Counted from the stretch's first letter, positions 49,876 to 64,000 are shown. The stretch is 64,000 nt of DNA from Octopus bimaculoides (GCF_001194135.2 NC_068988.1:69792245-69856244), one strand, 5' to 3'. Program-made: numbers and translations. The notes: generated by a model not told the origin, from the sequence alone.

Positions 49876-50422
49876 ATTAAAGGTTTTAATTTAGCATGAT
49901 GGATTGGTAGAGTCATTAAAATGCCAGACAAAATACTTTGTGCTATTTTTTCTCTTTAGATTCAGTGTTCAAATCCCTTCCATGATGAATTTTCTCTTTC
50001 ATCCTTCAATAAATAACTTACACATCAAGTATTGGACTTGATTTAAATGTTTCTAATCTGTCATCATGCAATGAGTGAGCATGATACATTGAGTACTTGC
50101 CTATCCATGGCACTCCAATATCTGATAAAGGGACATCAGGTGGAACATATTGGTATAACATTCATATTATCTCTTTATAATACTCCATATTACTGTCAAC
50201 ACATACACACAAATCTTATCATTTACACACACATACTCTCTCTTTTTAAAAGCACCCACTACACTCTCTGAGTGGTTGGCGTTAGGAAGGGTATCCAGCT
50301 GTAGAAACTCTGCCAAATTAGATTGGAGCCTGGTGTTGCCATCCGGTTTCACCAGTCCTCAGTCAAATCGTCCAACCCATGCTAGCATGGAAAGCGGACG
50401 TTAAACGATGATGATGATGATG

Positions 50423-50461
<39 letters not shown>

Positions 50462-50505
50462 TAACTATCCACCTATCTATCTATCTATCTGTCTGTCTGA
50501 CTGAC

Positions 50506-50537
<32 letters not shown>

Positions 50538-51499
50538 AGTACTAACTAAAAGTGGATTCTTTACAAATAGAGATGATACAAAATGTTTAGAATAGAAATA
50601 CATACATTTCAAAACAACTTCTTTATATCATAAAACTAACCACTGTCTCAAGTGAATTACTATCAAACTTCTATTTAATATTTAGAGAATTAGTAATAGG
50701 CTGGCTGTAAACATGCCATTCTTGTTTTGATGTACATGTATAAATAAGATAAATCAATTAATCACTAGATTATGAACATATTGTAAAATATTATATAAAA
50801 TACTGAAGCAGTTAATTTGGTATTTAAACTTAAACTTAAAACCAAATATTAAATGGAGAAAATAAAATCAAATTGAAATGTTCTCTAAGTGGTTTTACTT
50901 ATAATTAATTTTCATTTTGTTATTTTAAACTGATTTTAACCTTACTTTAATTTGGTTTTTAACTTGTTGATTAATTTTACATTCTTGACAACGTTGTAAA
51001 ACTTCACATTAGTATAAATAATTAAGGTTAGTCTGCATAAATAAGTTTTTGGAAACCTAAATACAATATGTGCCTTAGTTTCCTTATTTCAGTTATAATT
51101 ACAATTAATAAATTTCGAAAAATCCTTGTAAAAAGGGTTTAATATTTTATTTCTACATTAGGTTAAAAAGGAAAGCCCCAATCTGCTACAAATATAGACC
51201 AAACATCCTTGAAACCACAGCCTACCCTTTAAATTAATAGAGGGCAAGTCAAACTTTATAGTTATATCTTTATCTCTTGTCTTTTATCTTTGACTCATTT
51301 CAGTCATTAGACTGTGGCCATGCTGGGGCACCATCTTAATGAAAATTTAATCAAATGTATTGACACCAAAACTTTGTTTTTAAAGCCTGGCACTTATTTT
51401 ATCAGTTCCTTTTGTTGAACCATTAAATTTTTATATATACAATAAGAAAGAAATTTAGTGTAGAGGCCCTCGTTACATCATTGATGCTACACTGAGTAA

Positions 51500-51900
51500 G
51501 ATATGTTTGCATGATGGAGGGCAGCAGGCTCTCAAAGGTTATTTTCTATGCTGAAGTGTGTCAGAATAGGCCAAGCCATTGTGGCTAAGTGGTTGCTATA
51601 CTGGAGTGTGCTGAAGAGGAGCATGAAGAACACTGGCATCTCCCCAAACACCTCGGAAAAGTGGTCCCAGTGGCATGAGAAATGGCATTGATCACTGAAA
51701 CTCATAATTCCAGCCATTGAATAGAAGCAACAGAGAGAATATGAAAGAGCACATGAGAGGCATCACATCTCTGTTGCATCAAGGAGCATCATCTGCAGCA
51801 GATGTCATTGAGCAGGCTTTGTAGCCCACATGCGAGCCTGCCAGTGATGATTACTGAACATGAACAGCCAGTGTCTACCTATGACGGACAGTCAAATATA
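51500..51900 (+). mobile_element. RTE-BovB-like LINE 3' end remnant
   Basis: Degenerate LKRSMKNTGISPNTSEK.. followed by a C-terminal Cys/His region (CSRCH*AGFVAHMRAC). Confidence 0.55.
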
Positions 51901-51902
51901 GA

Positions 51903-51954
<52 letters not shown>

Positions 51955-52309
51955 GTGTGTGTGTGCACAAGTGAGTGGACAATTGAAAGAAAGTGGCACT
52001 CAGCAAATCAGGTCGGAGTTACATATATTATTATTATTTAAAAAACAGTTTGATTCAGTCCCAGGCGATTTAGTTTTGTAGGCCCATCAAGCTCATCAAT
52101 TCGGTAGCCTGCACCTGATGAACTACGTTCCTATGCCAAGCCTACAAAACTAGGTTACATGGGGCCACATCAAATTATTTTTACATAATAATAATATCAT
52201 ATGAGTTATTCACAAGGGAAGTAGTACTAGTACTAAATAGCAATCTGTATATCCTACATAAAGTAGGTATTGTTTTTTTTAATCAGAAAGTCACAAACAA
52301 AGCAAAAAG

Positions 52310-52830
52310 CCACTTACTGTAAGAGACTATGAAGGAGGAGAGATTAAGATGAAAAGCATGAATTTACTTCAGACTTGAAAGAGTTCAGGTCATAAGAAGG
52401 AGGAAAAATAATGAGATGGAAGAGAGTTCCAAAGCCTAGCAGTTCAAGGTAAAATGCTACGACCACAGAAAGACTTCTTTATATGTGGAAGCACATCAGA
52501 ATTTGGATGAAAACACTGTGAGCTTCAAGTCAGGTCAGACAGCACAAAGTGATCTAAAACAACAAGAAAAAGTTCATTAGAGCACTTCCTGTGGTACTAA
52601 CAATAGAAAGACTAAGATTGGCAGCATCACCTCACTGTGACAAGGGTGGCAGAACTGAAGCAAGAGAGGGACCAATCAAATTGGAAGAACATTATTATAC
52701 TGCAATATTCATCTTGAGAAAGCATTTCATATAGACATATAGTGCTAAAAATCACAGAAATATCAGTAACAGTCAAACATTTACCATTACCAATGGTGAT
52801 ATTCTTAGATCACATGATTTCCTTGTATTT
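52310..52830 (-). mobile_element. CR1-group LINE 3' remnant
   Basis: Minus strand: LLPPLSQ*GDAANLSL..IFPPSYDLNSFKSEVN, matching the CR1 C-terminal motifs PLSHRR..LSLFY and FP.SY.L..FKS.VN. Confidence 0.65.
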
Positions 52831-52846
52831 GCACTTCATCAGCAGT

Positions 52847-53234
52847 GTTGTTTGTTGGCACTCCGTCGCTTATGACATCGAGGGTTCCAGTTGACCCGAT
52901 CAACGGAACAGCCTGCTTGCGAAATTAATATGCAAGTGGCTGAGCACTCCACAGACACATGTACCCTTAACGTAGTTCTCAGGGATATTCAGGATGACAT
53001 CGAGTGTGACAAGGCTGACCCTTTGAATTACAGGCACAACAGAAACAGGAAGTTAGAGTGAGAGAAAGTTGTGGTGAAAGATTACAGAAGGGTTCGCCAC
53101 CATACCCTGCCGGAGCTTCGTGGAGCTTTGAGTATTTTCGCTCAATAAACACTCACAACGCCCGGTCTGTGAAACGAAACCACAATCCTATGACCGCGAG
53201 TCCACTGCCCTAACCACTGGGCTATTGCGCCTCC
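52847..53234 (-). mobile_element. tRNA-headed SINE (family 2) with TSD
   Basis: Colinear with 34986-35361; tcatcagcagt at 52836-52846 and 53237-53247. Confidence 0.9.
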
Positions 53235-53693
53235 ACTCATCAGCAGTAGATATCCATTATTATCACCAAACTTTGTCTCTCTACTAATACACAGAAAAAC
53301 AGTGACTAAACAGTTACTGATGTCAGAAATAGCATGCTGGCTAGGTATAAATTAGTTATTAGCAACAGTATTAGTACCAAATAGCTATTTTTGTATCTGT
53401 ATAAACATGTTAAGTAGGATATTATATGATGTGTGTGTGTGTGTGGATTTGTTTTGCAAGATTCTTGATATGAAATCCTGTGTTGTAACATGTTATACTT
53501 TTGCCAATTAAAGATAAGCACTAAAGTACTAAAGTTCATGTGTTTAACTGACAAAATATGACCATCCCCAAATATAACACTTGGTTCCAAGCTCAGTCCC
53601 ACTGTGTGACCCCTTGGGTAAGTGTTTTCTACTTTCACCTCATACCAGCCAAAGTGTTGTGAGTGGATTTGGTAGGCAAAAACTGAAAGAAGC

Positions 53694-53725
<32 letters not shown>

Positions 53726-54157
53726 NNNNNNNNNNNNNNNNNNNNNNNNNNNNNNNNNNNNNNNNNNNNNNNNNNNNNNNNNNNNNNNNNNNNNNNNNNN
53801 NNNNNNNNNNNNNNNNNNNNNNNNNNNNNNNNNNNNNNNNNNNNNNNNNNNNNNNNNNNNNNNNNNNNNNNNNNNNNNNNNNNNNNNNNNNNNNNNNNNN
53901 NNNNNNNNNNNNNNNNNNNNNNNNNNNNNNNNNNNNNNNNNNNNNNNNNNNNNNNNNNNNNNNNNNNNNNNNNNNNNNNNNNNNNNNNNNNNNNNNNNNN
54001 NNNNNNNNNNNNNNNNNNNNNNNNNNNNNNNNNNNNNNNNNNNNNNNNNNNNNNNNNNNNNNNNNNNNNNNNNNNNNNNNNNNNNNNNNNNNNNNNNNNN
54101 NNNNNNNNNNNNNNNNNNNNNNNNNNNNNNNNNNNNNNNNNNNNNNNNNNNNNNNNN

Positions 54158-54500
54158 TTTTACGTGTCACCCGCACGAAAACGGCCACGCTCGAAATGGT
54201 GTCTTTTATGTGCCACCCGCACAAGAGCCAGTCGAGGGGCACTGGCAACGATCTCGCTCGAAAACCCTACAGGCCAGTCAGGCGGTACTGGCAATGGTCA
54301 CGCTCAGGATGGTACATCTTATGTGCCACCCTCACAAGAACCAGTCCAGGGCCCCTGGCAACGATCTCACTTGGCTTGCCGGGTCTTCTCACGCACAGCA
54401 CATTTCCAAAGGTCTCACTCAGTAGTCATCGCCTCGGTGAGGCCCAATGTTCGAAGGTCTTGCCTCACCACCTCAGCCCAGGTCTTCCTGGGCCTACCTC
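54158..54500 (-). mobile_element. Young RTE LINE 3' end with a tandemly repeated 3' UTR
   Basis: Minus strand: RGRPRKTWAEVVRQDLRTLGLTEAMTTE*DLWKCAVREKTRQAK*; GC- and CpG-rich repeated units follow. Confidence 0.8.
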
Positions 54501-55669
54501 TTATATATATATATATATATATAAATACAATTAGGCAAAACTGTTTGGAGGTAGTGTACTCATCACTTACAATTAAAAAACATGCAGTGGAATCTAAGTT
54601 AGTGTGATAATGAAAAATCTTTTATCTGAGATGTACAGGTGTAACTATCAGCAACAGCAACCAAAATATGAAGAAGAATCAATATTGAGCAAGAGACTGA
54701 TAAAAGAAACAATTAACTTCTGTTCCCTAGGGAATAAACTAAAAATATAGGTAGGTACTATGAAAGTGTAGAATTTTGAGTAAGGACGAGGTGGGAAATG
54801 TTCAGAGAGATATACCTGTGGTAACAAAGGGCTTTCCTCTCTGAATAAATAGTAGATTGTATGATGATTGTGTACCAAATGCAGTATTGTGTTTTAGCAA
54901 GACATGGATACTGAATGTATAAGATATGCAGATGTTGGAGAGAAATGAGGTGAGGAAATAATTTTTTTACTGGCTTCAGTCATTGGTCAGTTGTTAGCCA
55001 TGAAACACTGCCTGTGTATCAGGCCCAGTACTTATTCCAGTCTGGTGCTTATTTTAAAGATTCTATTTGTCAAACTGTTAAGTTAAGGTTTTGAGATTAA
55101 AGTGATATAACTTGACACTTAAGTTTTAATCATAAACACAAACATGGCTGGAGATAGACATGCACACACAGTCAGACACGCGCATATACACACACACACA
55201 CATACACACACACTGAGCTTCTGTATAGTTTCCAACTACCGTATTCTACTCACAGCATATTGTCCAACAGTGTGCTACAGTAGACAACACTTGGTCAATA
55301 TTCTGCACACTGCAATCAAACCCAGAATCATTATGTTCTGAAGAGAGCTTTTTGCCATTTCACTATGTCTGGGTCCATGTAATTTTTCTTACAAAACCCA
55401 GAACCATGAAGTCCTGGACATAATTAGGAAGACAACTTTGCCCAATTGGATGTCAAGGATGTTGTTAAGTAACAATGAGTCGGTATTTTTGATCAACTGC
55501 AGTATATGAAGGAGTATTGAGGGATTTAGATATTCTTGTTCTTGTTTAGTCCCATGTTCTTATTGATTGAGCAAACATATAATGAAACTCATTAACCATC
55601 TTGATTTATGTCAAATGCGATGTGATGATTGTTTTTCTGCTATTTTTAGTAATAGATTGAAATTGATGC

Positions 55670-55822
55670 ATAGGTGCAGATGTAGATGAGTGCTAAGAAG
55701 CTTGCTTCCTAACCACATGGTTCCAGGTTCAGTTCTACAGCATGACATGCAGAGGAAGTGTCTTCCACTATAGCCTCAGGCTGACCAAAGCCAGAAACTG
55801 AAAGAAGCCCATCATGTGTGTG

Positions 55823-55885
<63 letters not shown>

Positions 55886-56100
55886 GTCTTATGTGTGTGT
55901 TTGTGTTTGTATTTGTCCCCTGCCACCACTTGACAACCAGTGTTGGTATGTTTATGTCCCCATAAATTAGCAGTTCAGCAAAAGAAAAAGTACCATACTT
56001 ATAAGCAATGAGTACTGGGATCAATTCATTCAACTTTAAATTCCTCAAGCTGGTGCCCCAGCATGGCCACAGTCAAATGACTGGAACAAGTAAAAGATGA
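55670..56100 (+). mobile_element. Major tRNA-headed SINE
   Basis: Head taggtgcaga..aaccacatggttccaggttcag, internal TG/TA array, tail gcatggccacagtcaaatgactggaacaagtaaaaga. Confidence 0.85.
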
Positions 56101-58889
56101 AAGATACAGAGAAAAGAGTCAGAACCTACCAATTATCTAATGCGGTTCCTCTGAGGAATTGTTATTCTTGCATATATATATATTTACATACAAGTTCTTG
56201 TACATATCAATATGTAAAAGCATCTATACACATATACACACATATGTATATATGTTATTATATGTATGTATGTGCATGTGCATTGCTGGTGTGTCATTAA
56301 AAGATGGATCTTGCTCCAAAGAAAACTATTGCAAACAACAATTATGGATTCTTTATTTGAAACCAAGGATCAAATATTTTTGGAATTTTACCAGATTTGT
56401 CTTCAAGAGCAAATTTTAAAAGTAACTGCATTAACTTGAAAATATCCAGTTATTTATATCAAAAACGAAATATGGTAAAATCTAGCATAAACTGATTGAT
56501 GGAGTGATGTGAATACGTACAACATTTGGATTAAATATCTTAATAAGAGATGCTATGCTGAGGTTGATACTCAAAACCTTATTTCCTAAAGCTTTTCATT
56601 TGTACTTGAAAAAACTCATTCCTAATACATCAAAGTACATTTTAATATTATTTTTCGCTCCATAAAACTCATTAAGCACATTGGATTCTGTTACCTCCAG
56701 AAATGTAGTGAAAACTGCTCTGTATTATTGTTATTACCAACATCATCATCATTGTTATTATTATTATTGATCATACATTATACTCGCACTTAACACTCAT
56801 TTTACATAATATCCACTTTTTTTTGCATAATTACAGATTTGTTTCATTAATTAATATGTAAGAGTGCGTATGTGAATAGAATTCATTTTAATTAAATATT
56901 CTGCTGTCCTATGATCTGATATTTGCTGTGTCAAATTCAGCTATGTTGTAGTTCCATCTCAATGAATTTTTCTATGTGTTTATTAATTATTCTCTTTTAT
57001 TTTAATTTTTAATTTAATCAACATCTATCCATTAGTCAAATTAATTTTGTTTTCTAATTTGCTCATTTTTTAAAATGTTAATGTTTGAACAAAATATAGT
57101 TTCTATTGTCTAACATATATACATTTCATTGTTTGACACATTACAATGCATAACATATGTTATGTATATAAATCTGTACCTAAACACATACTCGCACGTG
57201 TATGGGCAGGGAGGTTCGTATATAGATACATTTTGTGGTTAAGAAGTTCGCATCACAATGACATGGCCATCAGCTCATTGCTGGTGTGTGTGGACATTGT
57301 CAGCTAGTATCTTCTCTAGCTGCAGGACATTGTCAACTAGTATCTTCTCTAGCTGTGAGTGAAATTTGGTAGACAGAATCTGGAAGAAGTTTGTCATGGG
57401 TGTTTGTGTGTGAGTATGTATTCTCCTCATCTTGACAAGTGTGCACTGATGATAAACAAAAGTCACTGGTTATACAAAATATTGGCATTTATTTACAAGT
57501 TCTGGCTGTCAATATATTCACATGTAAACAAGCGATGGTTGGCAAGACGATGTGCACTTAGCAGCAGAAAATCTGCCTCCCATCTGACACCTGAAATAGT
57601 GATAATGGTATATAGATATCACCATATCCATATATATAAGTAAGTAAATAATTGTGATTAATTGATGGGCACTTTATTATGATAAACTATTAATTAGTAC
57701 TATTAACATAATTTTAAGAACTATTTTGATTGCTTCAAAATGTTATGGCACTCTCACTCCCTCTTTGTTTAAATCTATTGGTGTATCCCATAATGGTAAA
57801 TTTTTAATTTTACTTTTTTATTACTTATCCACCCTGTTACCCCCATACACCCACACACACACATACACACAAACACTGATATGGCTGCTTTGGACAACAA
57901 GCTTTACAACCATGTGCAGGACCATGAGTAAGTGTCTTCTACTACAGCCTCTGACCAATCAATGCCTTATGAGTATATCTGGCATGCAGAAACTCTGTGG
58001 AATCCTATCTTGTATATTTTATGGCAAAGAATTTCTGAGAGACAGGTGGAAAGTATCTGATAGAATGACTACTGAATAACACCTTAAAGTTCTAATAATG
58101 TGCATTTGGAGCTAATTTCTAAACATTTTTAGTACATAACAATCTATTTAATTCTTTGCCATGTCTTTCATCCTTTCAGGGCCAATATAAAATAATTACC
58201 AGTTGAGCATTGAGGATAACATCCCCCCTAAAATTGCTGGCCTTGTGCCAAAATTTGAAACCAATATACTCGTGATCCATAGTAGCATTCATCTTAATAG
58301 AATATGTGCCTAATTATGATATGGGACAAATGTATTGATCTCATATCATAATTAATTATGCATTGATTAATAAACTTTATTGATTGATTATCATCTCCTG
58401 TGTTATCTATAATAAACCTTGCCTATGCCAGAAGCTAGAATCTGTTACTCATGTCACAAACCTAATGTGTGTATTTTGTTTATATACTTATTAACTGCAG
58501 AACTTCATCCATAGAAAATTGTTTTAATATGTCAAGTGTTAAAAAATACTGAATACCTTGAACCAGGCAAAACAAATTACCCCTTAGCTGAATGAAAACT
58601 GTGGATATCAATATTTCTCTGTTGTTTCAGTTAATTGGAAATACCAGCAAAATAGCAACATCTGCTGTTCTCATTCACCTGTGGGGAATTTGTTTTGCTT
58701 GGTTTAAGGTTTACACTGGTTTTTTAGCACTCAATGTCTCAAGAGAATTTTCCTGGATGAAATTCTAGATAATAAATGTATAAATAAAATACATACGGTA
58801 CACTAAGTGTGTGACATCAGTAATACTTCATTATCAAAGCTACTAATATAAAAATGAATTTATTTGAATAAATATTGTATGTATGTTAT

Positions 58890-59128
58890 CTTTTATCTTT
58901 TTACTTGTTTCACTCATTAGACTGCAGCCATGCTGGGGCACCACCTTAAAGAATATTTTGTCAAATGAATCGACCCCAGTATTTTTTTTTAAAGTCTGGT
59001 ACTTATTTTATTCATCTTTTATGCTGCACCACTAAGTTATGAGGACACAAACACACCAACACCAGTTGACAAGCAATAGTTTGAGACAGACCCAAGGACA
59101 GACACAAAGACACACAAAGACACACAAA

Positions 59129-59178
<50 letters not shown>

Positions 59179-59330
59179 GGATTTCTTTCCAGTTTCTGTC
59201 TACCAAATCCACTCACAAGTCTTTGGTCAGCCTGAAGCTATAGTCATAGAAGAAACTTCCCCAAGGTGCCATGTAGTGGGACTGAACCCAGAACCACGTG
59301 GCTGGGAAGCAAATTTCTTACCACACAGTT
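58890..59330 (-). mobile_element. Major tRNA-headed SINE
   Basis: Reverse complement of head, CORE-like block, CA array and tail. Confidence 0.85.
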
Positions 59331-60445
59331 AATGTATAATAATTGAATTATTATACATTTCTATAATAATTATCTACCATTTCATTGGCAAGTGAATTCT
59401 AAATAAATGTTTAAAATTCACAATTCACATCATTTCTATATTGAGTATCTACGTTACAGTAATTTGTTTGTTTTAAAACATTTTGATACATCTTCTCATT
59501 GAAATTTTTACCATATAGGCGTAGGAGTGGCTGTGTGTATTGTGCGTGTGTGATGTGTGCTAATTAGATATATATAATTAAATTATTATATCTATCTAGC
59601 TATCTACACACACATAGATATATTATTTATTTAAATGGTACAATACATGTATTAAAGCACTACTAATAGTTCCATATGTTGAGAAAACTCAAACACATTC
59701 TTCAGACACAAACTACATATCATAACGAACTAAAAAAAGATGAATAATAGAAATGCGAAAAAGACTGAGAAGGCAGCATATAGAAACTGCTGAAAGCAGA
59801 AAGTAAACAAGGAAAAATGAAAAACAGAAAATGGAAGGATACATTATATATACATATACATCCAAGATACAGTTAAATTTGACCTTGATGACGCAGCACT
59901 GGTAATTAACACCAAGATGGACAATTTCCAGTGTGCACCAGTTTGCAGCAGAAACACGTGTTGGTCCAAACAAAAAAAGATGTGGTTAGTGGTATAATAA
60001 AACCTGGATGTGTAAATCTCCATTCTCCTGATATTTATTAATTTATATATATATGTATATCTATAGATATAACTTTCAGATTTGGTATTTATACATAAGA
60101 ATTAGTTACAAAATTTTGAGTTCAATTTTTATGTTAAACTCTGAAATTCCATAACTTTAATGCAGTACCATATGGATTGTTGCATGGATTTTGATACTAG
60201 TTATAATAAATGCTGAGAGCAAAATACATTGGAAAAAAACCCCCCAGAAAGCAAACAATATGGTTGACACATCAAAAATTTCATTGCCTACAACTGTTTT
60301 GATAACCAACAAAACTCTTCACAATTATATATTTATTAAGCACACGTTCGTAGAGGATATGAGAATTATCTTTCCCAGATATTTCTCTAAGTATGAAATC
60401 CCAATCATGCTTGCCAAATATGTGTGTGTGTATGTATATACATGT

Positions 60446-60495
<50 letters not shown>

Positions 60496-61319
60496 ATGTA
60501 TATATATTTGTGTGTATGTAGAGAGAGAGAGAGGTTGAGATAACTGCTGGGATAATGAATACAGGAAGGTATAAAAATATATGGAAATGAATGTGATATA
60601 GAGAGGAAGAAGAATGTAAACAAACAAATTTAAAATTCAAGAATAAAAGAGAAAGTAATAAAACTGCAGATAATATAAATAGTAATAAGGTTGTTAATAA
60701 ACCACATAGATGTAGTGATTTGTAGTTTCCTTAGTTGAAGTAGAATCATAGATCAATGCACCCTAAACCATACTGGCAGCATAGAACAGCTGGTGAAGTA
60801 TCTCAACTTGAAGTGAAATATAAAGGAGAAACCATATATATGAAAATATATAAAAATATGGGAAATTCTGCCGGAAAGCATCCTTGAATGAGGTCAGATA
60901 TATATATAATAGTATGCTTATGTGTATATAAACATGCAATTATAGGTATATCAACAAAGTTACCTTGGTATATATATGCACAAAAATCATACACCTAGGT
61001 AAATATATGCATTCATGTATACACACAGAGAAATGTACATACATGTGTGTGTGTGTGTGTGTGCACATGCATGTGTATGTGTGTGTGTGTATTGTGTATG
61101 TATATATATATGTATATATTTATACATATATACATTCTTATTCTTTTATTCTCATACATGTTTCAGTCAAACAAATTGACCTCAAGACTTATTCCTTGTA
61201 AGCCTAGTACTTATTCTATCAGTCTCTTTTGCTGAACTGCTAAGCTATGGCGACATAAACACACCAACATCGGCTGTCAAGCAATGATGGGGGGACAAAT
61301 ACAGACACAAATATGAAAT

Positions 61320-61720
61320 CTTATTAACGAGCTTCTCATTGGTCCACAAAATATACAGCGATCCCTGAGCACAGCTTGAATCTCCTGGATAGGACATTGT
61401 ATGTTTGTGCATGTTTTCTTATGGATCAAGTGAGATCATATTTCATCTTATCCTCCTTAAGTTGTCACAAATATCAGCCAAAGATTTCGAATGTCTCTTA
61501 TAAATTTTATTGAAACTGGCGACATAGTTTCAATATTGGTTCTTGAACGAATGAGCTGTTGCACCGATGTAAATTTACAGTTCTCCCCTTGTGTGTTCAG
61601 TGCACTTATATACAACATTGCTACTCATACAGAGGTTCATCAATGGCCATTTATTAGATTTATTTGCATTTCTAGCTCTGCTGACTTCATTTTCTGATAC
61701 CATTATCAAGAAAATCTGCC
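61320..61720 (-). mobile_element. Second PLE family, GIY-YIG endonuclease remnant
   Basis: Minus strand: WPLMNLCMSSNVVYKCTEHTRGEL*IYIGATAHSFKNQY*NYVASFN resembles CPL...C....VVYK...YIG.T...FK.RY..H..SF. Confidence 0.65.
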
Positions 61721-61980
61721 CACCACAACAAAATTTATACCCTAAAATCAAAGTGCCATGTAAAAAGCACTGGTGATGGTTCCATGTAAGAAGCACCTAA
61801 TTCACTCTGTGAAGTTATTGGCATTAGGAAAGGCATCCCACTGTAGAAACCAAGCTAAAACAGACTATGGAACATGGTGCAGCCCTTGGCCTTGCCAGTT
61901 CTTGTCAAACAATCCAACCTATGCTAGTATGGAAAGCAGGTGTAAAGTGACGACTTATATTCATACTCTCAGGCATAAAT

Positions 61981-62015
<35 letters not shown>

Positions 62016-62413
62016 NNNNNNNNNNNNNNNNNNNNNNNNNNNNNNNNNNNNNNNNNNNNNNNNNNNNNNNNNNNNNNNNNNNNNNNNNNNNNNNNNNNNN
62101 NNNNNNNNNNNNNNNNNNNNNNNNNNNNNNNNNNNNNNNNNNNNNNNNNNNNNNNNNNNNNNNNNNNNNNNNNNNNNNNNNNNNNNNNNNNNNNNGCCCC
62201 TATATATATTTAATGCTCAATATTTCATATATTCAATAAGACACTCAATACTTCATTTCATTTTACTATTTATATTATATATTCCATATTCTATATCCCA
62301 GATTAATTTTATAAGAATATAAATAAAACATAAAAAACAAACAGAGTTGGAACTCTTTTGAATAATATATTCCTCTATACACTATCATACAAACCCCTTT
62401 TTTATTTTATTTT

Positions 62414-62457
<44 letters not shown>

Positions 62458-62570
62458 TACACACACACATACATACATACATACATACACACACACATTG
62501 AAATTATATGCGTAAAGATATATACATCCATACAAATACAAACATACATGCACAAAAACATGTATTCATG

Positions 62571-62613
<43 letters not shown>

Positions 62614-62667
62614 CAGTCCAATCCATGTCAGCATGGAAAACAGACATTAAATGATGCTGATGATGAT

Positions 62668-62669
62668 AT

Positions 62670-62735
<66 letters not shown>
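62668..62735. repeat. (AG)n microsatellite
   Basis: Direct reading; similar AG arrays at about 26135-26185 and 62920-62950. Confidence 0.95.
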
Positions 62736-62738
<3 letters not shown>

Positions 62739-62883
62739 TCAATTAGGCTTGATATATATAAATAGTCCTCAATAAAGACTTTTGAGTTCAGTTTCTAATA
62801 ATGTGAACACTACTGCAAGTTTTCTATATTGAGAATCTCTAGATCTCACATTGTCTGTATAAATGTATGCTTGTGTACGCGCA

Positions 62884-62921
<38 letters not shown>

Positions 62922-63913
62922 TCTCTCTCTGTCTCTCTCTCTCTCTCTCTCGCCATTGTTGTCTGAAAATACAGTTATTCCAGTTCAGATAGTTACACAA
63001 GGTAGTAAATATCAATAGACACATTAAAACAACTTTAAAACATGAACCCCTGCTAATATCTAGCCCACCTATGGTCATAAATACAACAATATCATCGTAA
63101 ATTATAGAGATGTGTATAGAATAAAACAGAAATGAGGAAGAGTATTACACAACATAAGTTATATCAAAAACTTTATCACATCATACCACTAGTGTTATTA
63201 CTATCTATGGGTAGATTTGTGAAGTGTCACCAGTAGATGCCTATACTTATGTTGATCTAGTTAGATATATTTAACATAGACTATAGATAAATTGCCCTCT
63301 GCAAACACATTTGTTATTATGTAATGCTTTTATTACTTTCAATAATAAATTTATGATTATTTTGCATTATGTAATGGCCAAATATCCAACAAAATTTGTT
63401 TTAAATTGTTTATACATCTATATCTACAGCTGTGTGCTTATATATGTGTGTGAGTGTAAAATATAAATATTTGTGCATGTGTCTTTATATATGTGTGTAT
63501 GTGTGTGTGTGTGTGTATGTATGTATATATATATGTGTGTGTATTCATATATATTCATATTTCTATATGCATGTATATGTATGTAGGAATGCATGTATAT
63601 AAAATAGCAATGCCCCAGCATGGCCACAACCTCTAGATGAGATATCCATGTGAGGAGTATAAATATGTGTGTGTGTGGATATGTTTATATATGTGTATGC
63701 ATTCTTATGTACGTATATTTATTTCTATCCATATTTCTATGCTTGCAATTTAGTATCTTAATCTGAGTATATTTGTGTACATTCGCACATATATATATAT
63801 ATATATATACATACATTATAATACATATATGTACGTGTATGAGTACATGTATATATAGTTGTACTTATGTGTTATGTCTATAAGCTAATGTGTGTGTGTG
63901 CATGTGTAGTGGG

Positions 63914-63916
<3 letters not shown>

Positions 63917-64000
<84 letters not shown>
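63917..64000. repeat. (AT)n microsatellite, one of many that border assembly gaps
   Basis: Direct reading; AT arrays border the N-runs at 4843, 9331, 11120, 27316, 28877, 53726 and 62016. Confidence 0.97.

Noticed and set aside
4694-63627. Many long ORFs rich in YI, HT, CV, RE or X
   Set aside because: They are translations of (AT)n, (CA)n and (AG)n arrays or N gaps, not genes.
1-64000. CRISPR arrays, rRNA, prokaryotic operons or defence systems
   Set aside because: No regularly spaced repeat-spacer units, rRNA-like sequence or dense coding regions; the window is eukaryotic repeat-rich DNA.

Overview
AT-rich, repeat-dominated animal genomic DNA from a gapped short-read assembly with 11 N-runs, mostly next to (AT)n or (CA)n arrays. 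The SINE, LINE and microsatellite content looks like an octopus (coleoid cephalopod) genome; this is my recognition, not a database result. I found no intact protein-coding gene, rRNA, true tRNA or CRISPR array, and most listed ORFs are microsatellite or N-gap artefacts. The window contains decayed RTE, CR1, R4/Dong and Penelope-like (PLE) retroelements, two Ty3/Gypsy remnants with LTRs, three mariner remnants, piggyBac-like and Kolobok-like MITEs, and many tRNA-derived SINEs. The most notable signal is a PLE family (1986-3030, minus strand) whose 3' region, just after the GIY-YIG stop codon, carries a 74-nt tRNA-like Pol III A/B-box module followed by a minimal hammerhead ribozyme. Two non-autonomous fold-back derivatives of the same 3' end (8967-9066 and 48291-48733) are each flanked by an exact 12-bp target-site duplication. 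Weak, unverified splice-signal candidates suggest the window may lie inside long introns of a host gene.
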